Shown here piece after piece: positions 37,526 through 50,139 of a stretch of DNA of 64,000 bases (its first letter is position 1; the number at the start of each line of letters is the position of its first letter). The stretch is from Mobula hypostoma (lineage: Eukaryota), in contig NC_086097.1 of NCBI RefSeq assembly GCF_963921235.1, forward strand, positions 69,690,001 through 69,754,000. Direction: 5' to 3'. Under the pieces are notes generated by a model. The model saw nothing but the letters and a program-made list of their open reading frames with translations, was not told the origin of the DNA and ran no database searches. The position numbers were made by a program, and so were the translations under genes.

Positions 37526-39296
37526 TATAAATTTTAAAGCTGATTATATTGCTTCTGTCTCAGGGTGATTTCTGGCATTAATAGTATTTCCAATATTCAT
37601 ATGAAAATTTGTTAGGTTCAGTTACTGGTTGGTCTGAAAAAAAACCTGGAGAAACAATCGGTGATTTAATTTTAATATAACATTTCTATTAAATTGAGTT
37701 CAAAATAGTCTGGAAATATTTGCAATCCTGTTAAGGGTATTTGCTTACTGTCATTACAAAATTATAATTTGTCTGGCAAAGTACAAGATTGGTTAAATTT
37801 TACTGTAGATGATTTTATTTGGTATGAACATTTTCCAATAGTGCTATTGCAATTTTAAAATATGTTGAGGTGGGGGAAACAAACTTTTGATTTGTATGAT
37901 GCTAGATTTTTATGTTAGGAGAATTTGTTTGAAAGTCATATTACTTCATTTGTCAGCATTTGTAATTTGTCCTTGAATGCAATTCTCATACTCTGATCTG
38001 CAAGATAATATCCTAACTCAGTCCATGATCTATGTCGAGAGTTAGGTAGTTTCATTGCAGAGCTCAGATGTCAGTTGCAGTAATTTCCTCTTAGTGGTAT
38101 CTTTGCCAGGTAATCTAATAACAAAATAAAATAATATGATAAACCAGGACCCAGATTACAAAAAGTAAACTCAGAACAAAGAAGTTCTGTGGAGGTGATT
38201 TCAGAGTATGTTCCCAAGTTAGATTTCTTTTGTCGCATTCATGTAAGCATTTTGGTGCATTCGTAAATGGCAATATAAACATGTGGATCTGTTGTATCAA
38301 TAGAGAGGTTGGAGAGAGATTGCATGACCTTTACTTTTGGTGAATAAGGGGGCTGGGGATGAGATTGAATGCTGGCGAAGTTTGAATTTATGTAGTTGTA
38401 CTAGATGGTGTGACATGAAAATGAAGAAAATCATATAAAAGGAAATTTTCTGACTGAATGAATAGTACTTGGAGGTGAATAGAAGATTTGAAACAAAGCA
38501 GTCTTGTGAAGTCCCATAATTTCTTTAAGTAGAGTTTGAGAACTGTTATTCTAATTCTCAAATGAATTTTCTTTCAAGCAACTTTAATCACCATATTCAT
38601 TTACATGTATTAGGAATTTATTGTCGTTTGTGGTGTGTTGTATGTGAATATACATCATGTCTTTGTTTTTTATAAGGAATGGGAAAATGCCTTCTTATGG
38701 ATGACAAGATACACGTACTTCTCAGGGTGCTTGAAGGCTATACTGACATTTAGCATTTAAACTTGCTGTGGATATAACAGCCTCCATGTAAGTTTCAGTT
38801 TGCCAAAACAAATTCAGTTTGCTCTTGATTTGCAGTCTTGCAAAGAGGAGATTGATTAGCTTTGTCAAACCTATTCACAGTTCCAACTCTGACCGCTGCT
38901 CTGGGTGCAAAATTAGTCTTTATGCCGATATATCTGTTACTCTAACTTGCCTGTAGGTGAGCATAAGAATTGGGTGATCACACTGACAAAATGTGCAACG
39001 TTAGATGCAATTTTAAATATCTGTGAAGAATTTGCACAGTAATCAATTTTTAAAAATCCTGATCAGGCTCAGGACCCCTGCTCCAGCTGTTTACTGTCTA
39101 TTGCTATTTCACTCTTTGCCAACACAACATAGTTCATCTTGTGGCAAACAGGATTCATCAGATGGCACAGGAGGCCCTGTAGGACTGTGCAATGTTTAAC
39201 AACAAATTAAATGGGCAACCTCTCAGATGCACAGATTCGCAGAAAATAGGTCAGTGAATGAAGAAGACAGGTGCATTAATCCCTGCTTCACATTTT

Positions 39297-39582
39297 ATTT
39301 ATTTAGATATGTGCGGAACAGGCCCTTCCAGCTCTTCATGTTATGCCGCCTAGCAACCTCCGATTTTACCCTAGCTATTCACAGAACAATTTACATTAAC
39401 CAACTAACCTCCTAACTGGTTGGTCATTGAACTGTGAGAGGAAACTGGAGCATCTGGAGTAAACCCATGCATTCCATAGGGTAGATGCACACATTCATTA
39501 CAGAGGAGCTGGGATTGAACTTTGGACTCCAACAGCCTGAGCTGTAATTGCATCGCGCTCTCAGCTATGCCACCGTGGCACC
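39297..39582 (-). mobile_element. tRNA-derived SINE, same family as 1285-1553
   Basis: Shared blocks AACAGGCCCTTCCAG, CAATTT...ATTAACC..CTAAC, GAGGAAAC, CTATGCCACCGTG. Confidence 0.7.
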
Positions 39583-39619
39583 CACAGTTTGATTATGTGA
39601 AAAATAATATTCCACAGAA

Positions 39620-41325
39620 AAGGCTAAAAGTATAAGACGTGAGAGAATAGGACCAATCTAGTGTGACAGTGGAAAAGTATGCATGGAACCGGAGGAGACA
39701 GCAGAGGTATGAGTACTTTGCTTCGGTATTCACTACAGAAAAGGATCTTGGCGATTGTAGGGATGACTTTGGAAAGCATCAAGTTGGATAAGTCATCGGG
39801 ACTGGACGAGATGTACCCCAGGCTACTGTGGGAGGCGAGGGAGGAGATTGCTGAGCCTCTGGCAATGATTTTTGCATCATCAATGGGGACGGGAGAGATT
39901 CTGGAGGATTGGAGGGTTGCGGATGTTGTTCCATTATTCAAGGAAGAGAGTAAAGATAGCCCAGGAAATTATAGACCAGTGAGTCTTCCTTCAGTGGTTG
40001 GTAAATTGATGGAGAAGATCCTGAGAGGCAGGATTTATGAACATTTGGAGAGGCATAATAAGATTAGGAATAGTCAGCATGGCTTTGTGAAAGGCAGGTC
40101 GTGCCTTATGAGCCTGATTGAACTTTTTGAGGATGTGACTAAACACATTGATGAAGGAAGAGCAGTAGATGTAGTGTATAGGGATTTCAGCGAGGCATTT
40201 GACAAGGTACCCCATGCAAGGTTTATTGAGAAAGTGAGAAGGCATGGGATCCAAGGGTACATTGCTTTGTGAATCCAGAACTGGCTTGCTCACAGAAGGC
40301 AAAGAGTGGTTGTAGACGGGTCATATTCTGCATGGAGGTTGGTGATCAGTGAGTATGCCTCAGGGATCAGTCTGGAACCTCTGCTCTGTGATTTTTATAA
40401 ATGACCCGGATGAAGCAGTGGAGGGATGGGTTAGTAAGTTTGCTGATGACACTGTTGTGGATAGTGTGGAGGACTGTCAGCGGTTACAGCGGGACATTGA
40501 TAGGATGTAAAACTGGGCTGAAAAGTAGCAGATGGAGTTCAGCCCAGATAAGTTCAATTTGGTAGGTCAAATATGATGGCAGAATATAGTATTAATGGTA
40601 AGACTCTTGGCAGTGTGGAGGATCAGAGGGATCTTGGGGTCCGAGTCCATAGGACACTCAAAGCTGCTGCGCAGGTTGACTCTGTAGTTAAGAAAGCATA
40701 CGGTGCATTGGCCTTCATCAATCATGGGATGGAGTTCTAAGAGCCAAGAGGTAATGTTGCAGCTATATAGGATCTTGGTCAGACCCCATGTGGAGTACTG
40801 TGCTCAATTCTGGTCACCTCACTATAGGAAGGATGTGGAAACTATAGAAAGGGTGCAGAGGAGATTTACAAGGAAGTTACCTAGATTGGGGAGCATGCCT
40901 TATGAGAATAGGTTAAGTGAACTCAGCCTTTTCTCCTTGGAGCGACAGAGGATGAGAAGGTGACCTGATAGAGGTGTATAAGATGATGAGAAGCATTGAT
41001 CGTGTGGCTAGTCAGAGGCTTTTTCCTAGGGCTGGAGTGGCTTGCACTAAAGGGCACAGTTTTATAGTGCTTGGAAGTTGGTACAGAGGAGCTGTCAGGG
41101 ATAGGTTTTTTTACACAGATGGGTGAGTGCATGTAATGGGCTGCCGGTGCTGGTTGTGGAGGTGGATACGATAGGGTCTGTTAAGAAACCCCTAGACAGG
41201 TACATGGAGCTCAGAAAATTGGAGGGCTGTGGGTAACCCTGGGTAATTTCTAAGGTAAGGACATGTTCGGCACAGCTTTATGGGTCGAAGGGCCTGTATT
41301 GTGCAGTAGGGTTTTCTATGTTTCT
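39620..41325 (+). mobile_element. CR1 LINE, 5'-truncated (ORF2 RT and 3' UTR)
   Basis: PGNYRPVSLPSVVGKLMEKIL...SQHGFVKGRSC...AVDVVYRDFSEAFDKVPH; LVRPHVEYCAQFWSPHYRKD; 3' tail TTTTCTATGTTTCT. Confidence 0.94.
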
Positions 41326-41499
41326 GTTGATGTGAGAAATAAAATTACGAACAGGAACAAATGTTTGATATTCAGGAAATTGAGAATTCTATACATTGTA
41401 TCAGAATTAGAGAACAGTGGATTCTGGTTAATTTTGGCTCCCAGTTAAGTGGCTCCCCCAATTAGCCAAAGCTTCATGAAAGTTGTTAAAAAAGTATAT

Positions 41500-42270
41500 T
41501 AAAAAGAAAGACAAACTGATCCTCAATACCCCCTTGTGCAATTGGATTCTGGATTTCCTCACTTGCAGACCCCAGTCACTTCGAATTGGCAAAAACATCG
41601 GCACAATCTCTCGGCACAGGTGCACCACAGGGATGTGTGCTTAGTCCCCTGCTCTAATCGCTTTACACCTATGACTGTGTGGCTAAGTACAGCGCCAACA
41701 CCATTTTCAAGGTCGCTGATGACACCGCTGTTGTGGGCCTTATTAAAGATGGTGATGAATCATCATACAGGAGAGACATTGAAAATTTGGCTGAGTGGTG
41801 CCATAACAACAACCTCTCGTACAATATCAGCAAGACCAAAGAACTGATTGCAGAGGTCCATGAGCCAATACTCATCGAAGGAGCAGAAGTGGACAGGGTC
41901 AGTAATTTTAAGTTCCTGGGTGTCACAACCTCAGAGGACCTGTCCTGTCCATGATATAAATGTAATTGCAAAGAAAGCACAACAGTGCCTCTACTTCCTC
42001 AGGAGTCTGGAGAGTTGGCATGTCATCAAAAACCTTGACAAACTTCTGTAGAAGTGTGGTGGAAAATGTATTGACTGCCTGCAATATGGCCTAGTATGGA
42101 AACACCAAGGCCTTTGAGCAGAAAATCCTACAGAAGGACGTGGAGTTGGCCCAGGACATCACGAGTAAAGCTCTCCCGACCGTTGAGCACATCTGTATGA
42201 AACGTTGTTGTTGAAAGGCAGCATCCGTCATCAAAGATCCTCTCCATCCAGGCCCCATGCACTTTCCTCT
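41500..42270 (+). mobile_element. Rex1/Babar-like LINE fragment
   Basis: [47 protein letters not shown]. Confidence 0.85.
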
Positions 42271-42284
42271 CTCTCTTTCCAGGG

Positions 42285-42532
42285 CGCAGGCCTGGGCAAG
42301 GTTGTATGGCAGACCAGCAGTTGCCCATGCTGCAAGTCTCCCCTCTCCACACCACCGATGTTGTCCAAGGGAAGGGCATTAGGACCCATACAGCTTGGCA
42401 CCGGTGTCATCGCAGAGCAATGTGTGGTTAAGTGCCTTGCTCAAGGACACACACACTGCCTCAGCCAAGGCTCGAACTAGCGACCTTTTCAAGTCACTAG
42501 ATGAACGCCTTAACCACTTGGCCATGTGCCAA
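42285..42532 (-). mobile_element. tRNA-derived SINE with a CORE-like segment
   Basis: Head TGGCCAAGTGG (A box) and AGTTCGAGCC (B box), followed by GTGTCCTTGAGCAAGGCACTTAACC. Confidence 0.75.
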
Positions 42533-42549
42533 CACATTACTGCCATCAT

Positions 42550-42830
42550 ATAGAAGGTACATAATAACACTGAGGAATTTAAAGTTGCTGACCCTCTCTA
42601 CCACTGATCCTCTGAGGACTGACTTGTGGATCTCTGGTTTTCTTCTCCTGAAGTTAGTAGTCTGCTCCTTGTTCTTGCTGAAATTGAGTAAATTTGAGGT
42701 TGTTATGGCACCACTCAGCCAGATTTTCAATATCCCTCCTATATGCTGAGTCATCACCATCTTTGCTTCAGCCAACGACGGTGGTGTTGTCAGCAAATTT
42801 GAATATAGCATTGCTGCTGTGCTTAGCTAC
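42550..42830 (-). mobile_element. Inverted Rex1/Babar-like fragment
   Basis: Minus strand KFADNTT...VERVSNFKFLSV, homologous to 41690-41930. Confidence 0.75.
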
Positions 42831-44291
42831 GTGACAAGATACCTGCACCAATTAAGCGGCATAATGTCCCAAGTAAATAGCTGCCTCGATATATCGGAAC
42901 CCATTGTATTTTATAAGTGATGTGCTGGGCCAAAGGGTTCATTTTTGCACTGTACAACTGTTATGTTGGAAATCACTTGTGCTTTTATTAATTTATCAAC
43001 TTGAAAGAGCAATTATCAGGTATCTCAAACTTCAGTGCACTGTTGATAGATGTCTTGAGCCTGTCATTCAGGATAGCAATTTTCATTAGTGTATTAAGTA
43101 ATTCAACAATTGTGGATATTTTACAAATTCCACTCGTCCTTCCATTGTGTTTATACACTTGTGCTTTCAATGCTGATTGCTGTTATATAATTAGAACTGG
43201 TATATCTATTGATTTCTCATCACTGTTCTATTACCTGCTCTTTATTGCTGTTTAATTCTATAAAATTAATGTTAACTGTGATTGAAGATTGTGTTTGATC
43301 AGCTTTCTCTTTTCCAAAGGCTATAAACATGATTTTAAAAGGGAGCGGGTATAAAGTCTGCCCTTCCTCGTGTTAAGGACAATACTTCAGACTCAGTAAA
43401 AATGAAAAATGAACTGTAACATAGTAAAAGTGATTTATCAAAACTAAAAATATTAGCTGTAGGGGTAGAACAGGGTCAGTTGCCTAATTAAAAGTATGTA
43501 ATAATGAACACAATTTAAGAAATAAAGCATTAATTAGAACTGTAAATTGAATTCAGGGTGTTGTGTAATGGCCTTGAATGAGTGCTGTCTATCATGTTGA
43601 ATGACTTGGAAGAGAAAAATTTGAAGTATTTGGATAGGGAAATCACAGAAGAAGGACAAGCAAAGTTTACTGATTGTTTTACAATATTTAAGAATTATCA
43701 ATAAACATGCACAGGCAGTAGAAGGCCAATGAGTGGAATCGATTAGGAAAAATGCACAATCTTGATAGTTTGCATCTTTGGATAGCAATAAGTCAGCTAG
43801 GTACTTAAATCTGTCAGAAACTTATTGCTAAGATATTCGAAATGGGAGAATTTGACTTGTGATAGTGAGGCCTATACTTGCTTTTATATTGCAGGATATC
43901 TAATACCAAAGTCTGGTAGCATTGAGCAGTTAGATGTGGAAATCCACAGGTTGCTGTTATTCATTCCCTGTGCTTCCACAAAGCATATTGTTGTGACTGT
44001 GTCAGATGTAATTTACTGTTTATCTGTTTGTTTTCACCTTAAATTTTTGAAAATTTAATCTTGTTGAGTGGTGTATTTGACATAATTTCAACTTCCTGTG
44101 CTTTAGTTTTTATTTGTTTGAGATGTTCTCTTTTACCTCAAGTTCAAAGTAAAATTTATTATCAGAGTACATACATGTCACAACATACAAACCTGAGTAA
44201 CAGGAATTCTGCAGATGCTGGAAATTCAAGCAACACACATCAAAGTTGCTGGTGAACGCAGCAGGGCAGGCAGCATCTGTAGGAAGAGGTG

Positions 44292-44329
44292 CAGTCGACG
44301 TTTCAGGCCGAGACCCTTCGTCAGGACTA
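44292..44329 (-). ncRNA. Minimal type I hammerhead ribozyme motif (mirror copy)
   Basis: Exact reverse complement of 46527-46564. Confidence 0.82.
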
Positions 44330-46526
44330 ACTGAAGGAAGAGTAAGTAAGGGATTTGAAAGTTGGAGGGGGAGGGGGAGATCCAAAATGATAGGAGAAGA
44401 CAGGAGGGGGAGGGATAGAGCCAAGAGCTGGACAGGTGATAGGCAAAAGGGGATACGAGAGGATCATGGGACGGGAGGTCCGGGAAGAAAGACGGCGGGG
44501 GGGGGGGGGCCCAGAGGATGGGCAAGAGATATATTCAGAGGGACAGAGGGAGAAAAAGGAGAGTGAGAGAATGAATGTGTGCATAAAAATAAGTAACAGA
44601 TGGGGTACGAGGGGGAGGTGGGGCCTTAGCGGAAGTTAGAGAAGTCGATGTTCATGCCATCAGGTTGGAGGCTACCCAGACGGAATATAAGGTGTTGTTC
44701 CTCCAACCTGAGCGTGGCTTCATCTTTACAGTAGAGGAGGCCGTGGATAGACATGTCAGAATGGGAATGGGATGTGGAATTAAAATGCGTGGCCACTGGG
44801 AGATCCTGCTTTCTCTGGCGGACAGAGCGTAGATGTTCAGCAAAGCGGTCTCCCAGTCTGCGTCGGGTCTCGCCAATATGTAAAAGGCCACACCGGGAGC
44901 ACCGGACGCAGTATATCACCCCAGTCGACTCACAGGTGAAGTGTTGCTTCAGCTGGAAGGACTGTTTGGGGCCCTGAATGGTGGTAAGGGAGGAAGTGTA
45001 AGGGCATGTGTAGCACTTGTTCTGCTTACACGGATAAGTGCCAGGAGGGAGATCACTGGGGAAGGATGGGGGGGACGAATGGACAAGGGAGTTGCGTAGG
45101 GAGCGATCCCTGCGGAATGCAGGGTGGGGGGAGGGAAAGATGTGCTTAGTGGTGGGATCCCGTTGGAGGTGGCGGAAGTTACGGAGAATAATACGTTGGA
45201 CCTGGAGGCTGGTAGGTGAGGACTAAGGGAACCCTATTCCTAGTGGGGTGGCGGGAGGATGGAGTGAGAGCAGATGTACGTGAAATGGGGGAGATGTGTT
45301 TAAGAGCAGAGTTGATAGTGGAGAAAGGGAAACCCCTTTCTTTAAAAAAGGAAGACATCTCCCTCGTCCTAGAATGAAAAGCCTCATCCTGAGAGCAGAT
45401 GCAGTTGCAAAAACGCCATCCCCTTCTCGCAATTCCTCCGTCTCCGCCGCATCTGCTCTCAGGATGAGGCTTTTCATTCTAGGACGAGGGAGATGTCTTC
45501 CTTTTTTAAAGAAAGGGGCTTCCCTTCCTCCACTATCAACTCTGCTCTTAAACGCATCTCCCCCATTTCACGTACATCTGCTCTCACTCCATCCTCCCGC
45601 CACCCCACTAGGAATAGGGTTCCCCTAGTCCTCACCTACCACCCTACCAGCCTCCGGGTCAAACGTATTATTCTCCGTAACTTCCGCCACCTCCAACGGG
45701 ATCCCACCACTAAGCACATCTTTCCCTCCCCCCCCCCGCATTCCACAGGGATCGCTCCCTACGCAACTCCCTTGTCCATTCGTCCCCCCCATCCCTCCCC
45801 ACTGATCTCCCTCCTGGCACTTATCCGTGTAAGCGGAACAAGTGCTACACATGCCCTTACACTTCCTCCCTTACCACCATTCAGGGCCCCAAACAGTCCT
45901 TCCAGCTGAGGCAACACTTCACCTGTGAGTCGACTGGGGTGATATACTGCGTCCGGTGTTCCCGAAGTGGCCTTTTATATATTGGCGAGACCCGACGCAG
46001 ACTGGGAGACCGCTTTGCTGAACGTCTACGCTTTGTCCGCCAGAGAAAGCAGGATCTCCCAGTGGCCACACATTGTAATTCCACATCCCATTCCCATTCT
46101 GACATGTCTATCCACGGCCTCCTCTACTGTAAAGATGAAGCCACGCTCAGGTTGGAGGAACAACACCTTGTATTCCGTCTGGGTAGCCTCCAACCTGATG
46201 GCATGAACATCGACTTCTCTAACTTCCGCTAAGGCCCCACCTCCCCCTCGTACCCCATCTGTTACTTATTTTTATGCACACATTCTTTCTCTCACTCTCC
46301 TTTTTCTCCCTCTGTCCCTCTGAATATACCTCTTGCCCATCCTCTGGGTCCCCCCCCCCCTTGTCTTTCTTCCCGGACCTCCTGTCCCATGATCCTCTCG
46401 TATCCCCTTTTGCCTATCACCTGTCCAGCTCTCGGCTCTATCCCTCCCCCTCCTGTCTTCTCCTATCATTTTGGATCTCCCCCTCCCCCTCCAACTTTCA
46501 AATCCCTTACTCACTCTTCCTTCAGT

Positions 46527-46564
46527 TAGTCCTGACGAAGGGTCTCGGCCTGAAACGTCGACTG
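46527..46564 (+). ncRNA. Minimal type I hammerhead ribozyme motif in a Penelope pLTR
   Basis: UAGUC-CUGACGA-AGGGUCUCGGCCU-GAAAC-GUC^-GACUG has both catalytic boxes, a short stem II, a palindromic ACGU stem III, a GUC cleavage triplet and stem I (AGUC/GACU). Confidence 0.82.
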
Positions 46565-47429
46565 CACCTCTTCCTACAGATGCTGCCTGGCCTGCTGCGT
46601 TCACCAGCAACTTTGATGTGTGTTGATACAAACCTGAGATTCTTTATCTTTATTCTCACATTCATGTGCAATCTGTATTCATCTGTCCTGAAATGTTTAA
46701 AATAGTTAATATTGCCAATAGTGCTTGTTATTTTCAGGTTTGCAGTTTGAGTGAAGTCTTCAATGTGATTAACTCCCTGTTGCTGGATGTCAGGAATGCT
46801 GGCAGCTGACAACAACTGATACCTTCTAAGAATAAATCCATGCTACAAATTATCATGTCCATGAAACAGTTTTTTTTGGGATTAGCTTCACAGGTCTTTC
46901 TTTGGCCACTGACAGAAGACTGCAAGCCTTCAAATGCACGAAGGCCATGGAAAGTAGAACTACTCTCGAATACATGGTTTTATTTGGGACAATTTTCTAG
47001 AATACTCTGTTCTTGAACTAGCAGGCTTTCAGAACATATTTGATTTTTTTTAATGAAGTTTTAGATATAAACAAGTTGGGAGGAAGAGCAGGTGACTGAG
47101 TCACCAATGAAAGTTTAAATTTAAGTGATGGAGCTGCAATTAACTACCAATAATTTCAGGAATAGCAAGGAATACAGTCATAAGTAGATGAGTTAAGTGA
47201 AACTAGAAGCACTGCTTCTTCACAGCTATTGTGACCTTGTTTCAATCAAATGGTTCAGTCTAATGGTGGCACGCAAGGATACAGCAGCTTATCTAGCTCC
47301 CAATAATGATGCTAATTTTAAACTCTTAGATAGTGTTTCAATGTTTCTAGTCAAGACACTACAGTCAACCAAAGTTCCATGAATACAGCATTGCTGAACT
47401 CTGACAAAATTACTTTTAAAGCGACCGGC

Positions 47430-49940
47430 TGTGGAGTTAATAGTGGTGCTCAACGTACTAGGGATTCTACAAACACCAGACCCAGTGATAGTGACCTAGA
47501 CTAGACAGCTCAGCTGAGGAAGTGACAGACACAAGCAGTATGAGAGGAGGCAGAAACTTGGCAAGAGTGCCGAGGCACTGGCTGGGCTGAGAGGTAACCC
47601 AACCACATCAGTGGTACTGTCACTTTTCCTGTCCAACATCTGTTCGCTAGAAAATAAATTGGCCTTACTGGGACTGAGAATGAACGCACAGAAAGAAATG
47701 AGAAACTCCTGTATTCTGGTTTTCACCAATATGTGGTTAAACAACAACATGCCTGATTTGACATTTCAACTCCACGGGATGACTCTGTTCCGCATAAACA
47801 GGAACTTCCTGTCGGAATATCGATAGGTGAGGGCATTTGTGTGTACATTAACAAAGGTTGGTGCATGCTGTAATCTATAGTTAGCAGTTGCTGTTCTGTG
47901 GCAATTGAACATTTTACAATTAAATGCTGGCCAAGTTACCTGCTTAGGGAATTTACTGCTGTGTTCGTCACTGCTGTCTACAGTTCCCTCAGTGCAAACA
48001 CCAAGGACGCCCAGAAAGCTTTACCATATCATCAGCTCTCTACGAAACAAGCATCTTGATGGTCTCGTCATAATTGCAGACTTCAATCATGTTAACCTGC
48101 AGGACATTTTACTCAAATTCCACCAACACATCACCATGGCCACTAAGGGAACAAACAGACTGGACCATGTTCATACAAACAGATGCAGTACTGGCAAAGC
48201 CATCACATGCCCTCATCTTTGCCTCTAACCACATCTCCATGTTAATCCCAGCATAATGGCTGCTTTTGAAAACAGAGAAACCAATCGAGGACCGTATGAG
48301 GCAATTTCGATGCTTCAGGACTGCTTCAGGTGGACTAACGGGCAGATCTTCATGGAGGCTGCCGCAAACGGAGAAGACACAGACATTTAGGAATATGTCT
48401 CATCTGTCATCGGGTACATCAGTAAGTGTGTACAGTTTTTAATGCCATGGACCAATGCCAATAAGCAAGGGCTGTGAGGACGCCAGGTTGGGAATGCCTG
48501 GTGTAGATGATGCTGGTACCTTAAGAATGGTCATCTCATGGCCCAATCAGGGACTTAATAAAGCCTGGGGACTTTGCCTTTAAGTCTGGTGACAGAATAT
48601 TTCTAAGAGCAGCCAGGAGAAATCTCACCTGCATCAAGAGGGCTAAAACTACCTGCGCTCAAAAAGTTCAGAAAAACCTATCCGATAACAATCCTTGACA
48701 CGTGTGGCTGGGCATCAAGGGCATTATTGACTACGCAAGGAAAAACAGCGTCAACAGGACCAGTAACATCTCCCTCCCTGATACTATAAATGACTGTTAT
48801 GCATGCTTTTGCAACACAATGCCAACCTCAAATGCTACCCCTTTACCAGGTGAACAGCTACTGTCTGTAACATCAGCAGATGTTACATCCCTGGCCAAGT
48901 ATTCTGGGAATGGGCACACCAGCTCACTGATGTCTTTATGGACATCTTCAACGTATCACTCATCCAGACTGTTATCCCTACATGCTTCAAATCAGCCACC
49001 ATCATTCCTGTACCAAAGAACTCTACACCTTCAGAACTAAATACCTACAGCTCAGTGGTACTGATGCCAATCATGAAGAGCTTTAAATGGCTGGTGATGG
49101 CACTTAACAAAAACTCCATTCTAGCCACATTGGACATTCACTGATAGGCTTATCAACAGAATCGCTCTATGACAGGTGCTCATGCTCCTGGCCCTGATAC
49201 ACCCAGAAAACGAAGACACTTATGTAAGAATGCTGTTTCTGGACTTCAGACTTTGGTGAACAAAATCCTATTGCTTGGTCTAAATACACCACAGTGGAAC
49301 TGCGTTTTGGATTTTCTAACCAGTAGACCTTATTGTCAGTATGCACAACTGCTCCTCCCTCCCCAGCATCCTCAACACAGGTGCCCCCCAGGTCTGTGTG
49401 CTGAGCCCATTGCTGTACACTTTGCTCACTGTGTGGCCAAACACATTCAGTTTGCCAATGGCATGACAGTGGTGGAGTTCATCACCAACAATGATGAGAT
49501 GGCCTGCAGAGAGGAGGTAGAAAAGCAGGAGACCTGGTGCCAGGCAAAAAAAAACCTCTTCCTCAATGCCAACAAGACAGGAGATAGTTATCAACTTCAG
49601 AAGAACTTGGACCACTCACAACCCTCTTTTCATTGGCAGCACATGTATGGAAGCTGAGAAGGTTCAAACTCCTGGGAGTGCACATCTCGCACAACCTCTC
49701 AAGTTCCCAGAACATGTGCATAATCAGGAAACCTCACCAATGCCTCTACTTTCTGAGGAGACTGAAGAGAGCTGGACTATGCACATCTATACTCGCATCA
49801 TTCTGTAGGTGCACAGTAGAGAGCATCTAAACAAGCTGCATCACTGCATGCATGGAAACTGCACTGCAGCAGATAGGAAGGCTCTACAATCGTAGTTAAA
49901 ACTGCCCAGTGCATTGCTGGCACCTGCCATCAAGAACTTA
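47430..49940 (+). mobile_element. Near full-length degenerate Rex1/Babar-like LINE (APE endonuclease and RT)
   Basis: LSNICSLENKL, IIADFNHVNL, DIFNVSL...PTCFKSATIIPVPK, WNCVLDFLTSRP, and GAPQ..VLSPLL motifs across frameshifts. Confidence 0.82.
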
Positions 49941-50131
49941 ATTGCAAGAAAAAGTGCGTGAACCCTTTGCAATCACCTGGTTTTCTGCATTATTTGCTCT
50001 TAAAACATGGTCTGATCTTTATCTAAGTCGCAGTGAACTAATAACACACAAACAATTGTGCTATTCATGTCTTTATTGAACACATTGTTTAATCATTCAC
50101 AGTCCAACAGTTCAGGCTGGAAAAGGTATGT
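49941..50131 (+). mobile_element. Tc1-like transposon left terminal region
   Basis: TGCAAGAAAAAGTGCGTGAACCCTTTGCAAT...GGAAAAGGTATGTG has the outer and inner direct-repeat layout of IR/DR Tc1 elements. Confidence 0.6.
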
Positions 50132-50139
50132 GTTTACTG

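Larger units (their letters stand above)
44198..46625. mobile_element. Penelope-like retroelement insertion made of two inverted 5'-truncated copies (RT C-terminus, GIY-YIG endonuclease, pLTR)
   Basis: Plus arm encodes KNAIPFSQFLRLRRICS...FKERGFP and VIYCVRCSRSGLLYIGETRRRLGDRFAE...GMNIDF; a mirror copy is on the minus strand (44626-44919). 13-bp direct repeat ATACAAACCTGAG at 44185-44197 and 46626-46638. Confidence 0.92.

Noticed and set aside
39679..40272. 197-aa ORF (longest in the window) as a host gene
   Set aside because: It is a CR1 reverse transcriptase fragment followed by stops and frameshifts.
42455..42532. tRNA gene
   Set aside because: A and B boxes are present, but the sequence continues into a SINE body and I could not fold a full cloverleaf.
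45493..46232. Functional or domesticated GIY-YIG nuclease gene
   Set aside because: 5'-truncated, frameshifted near a poly-C run, and lacking the RT core; no sign of independent expression.
44198..46625. Assembly fold-back artefact as the cause of the palindrome
   Set aside because: The arms differ by substitutions and indels, a 13-bp TSD flanks the unit, and the same architecture recurs at 25.1-26.4 kb. Reads are still needed for proof.
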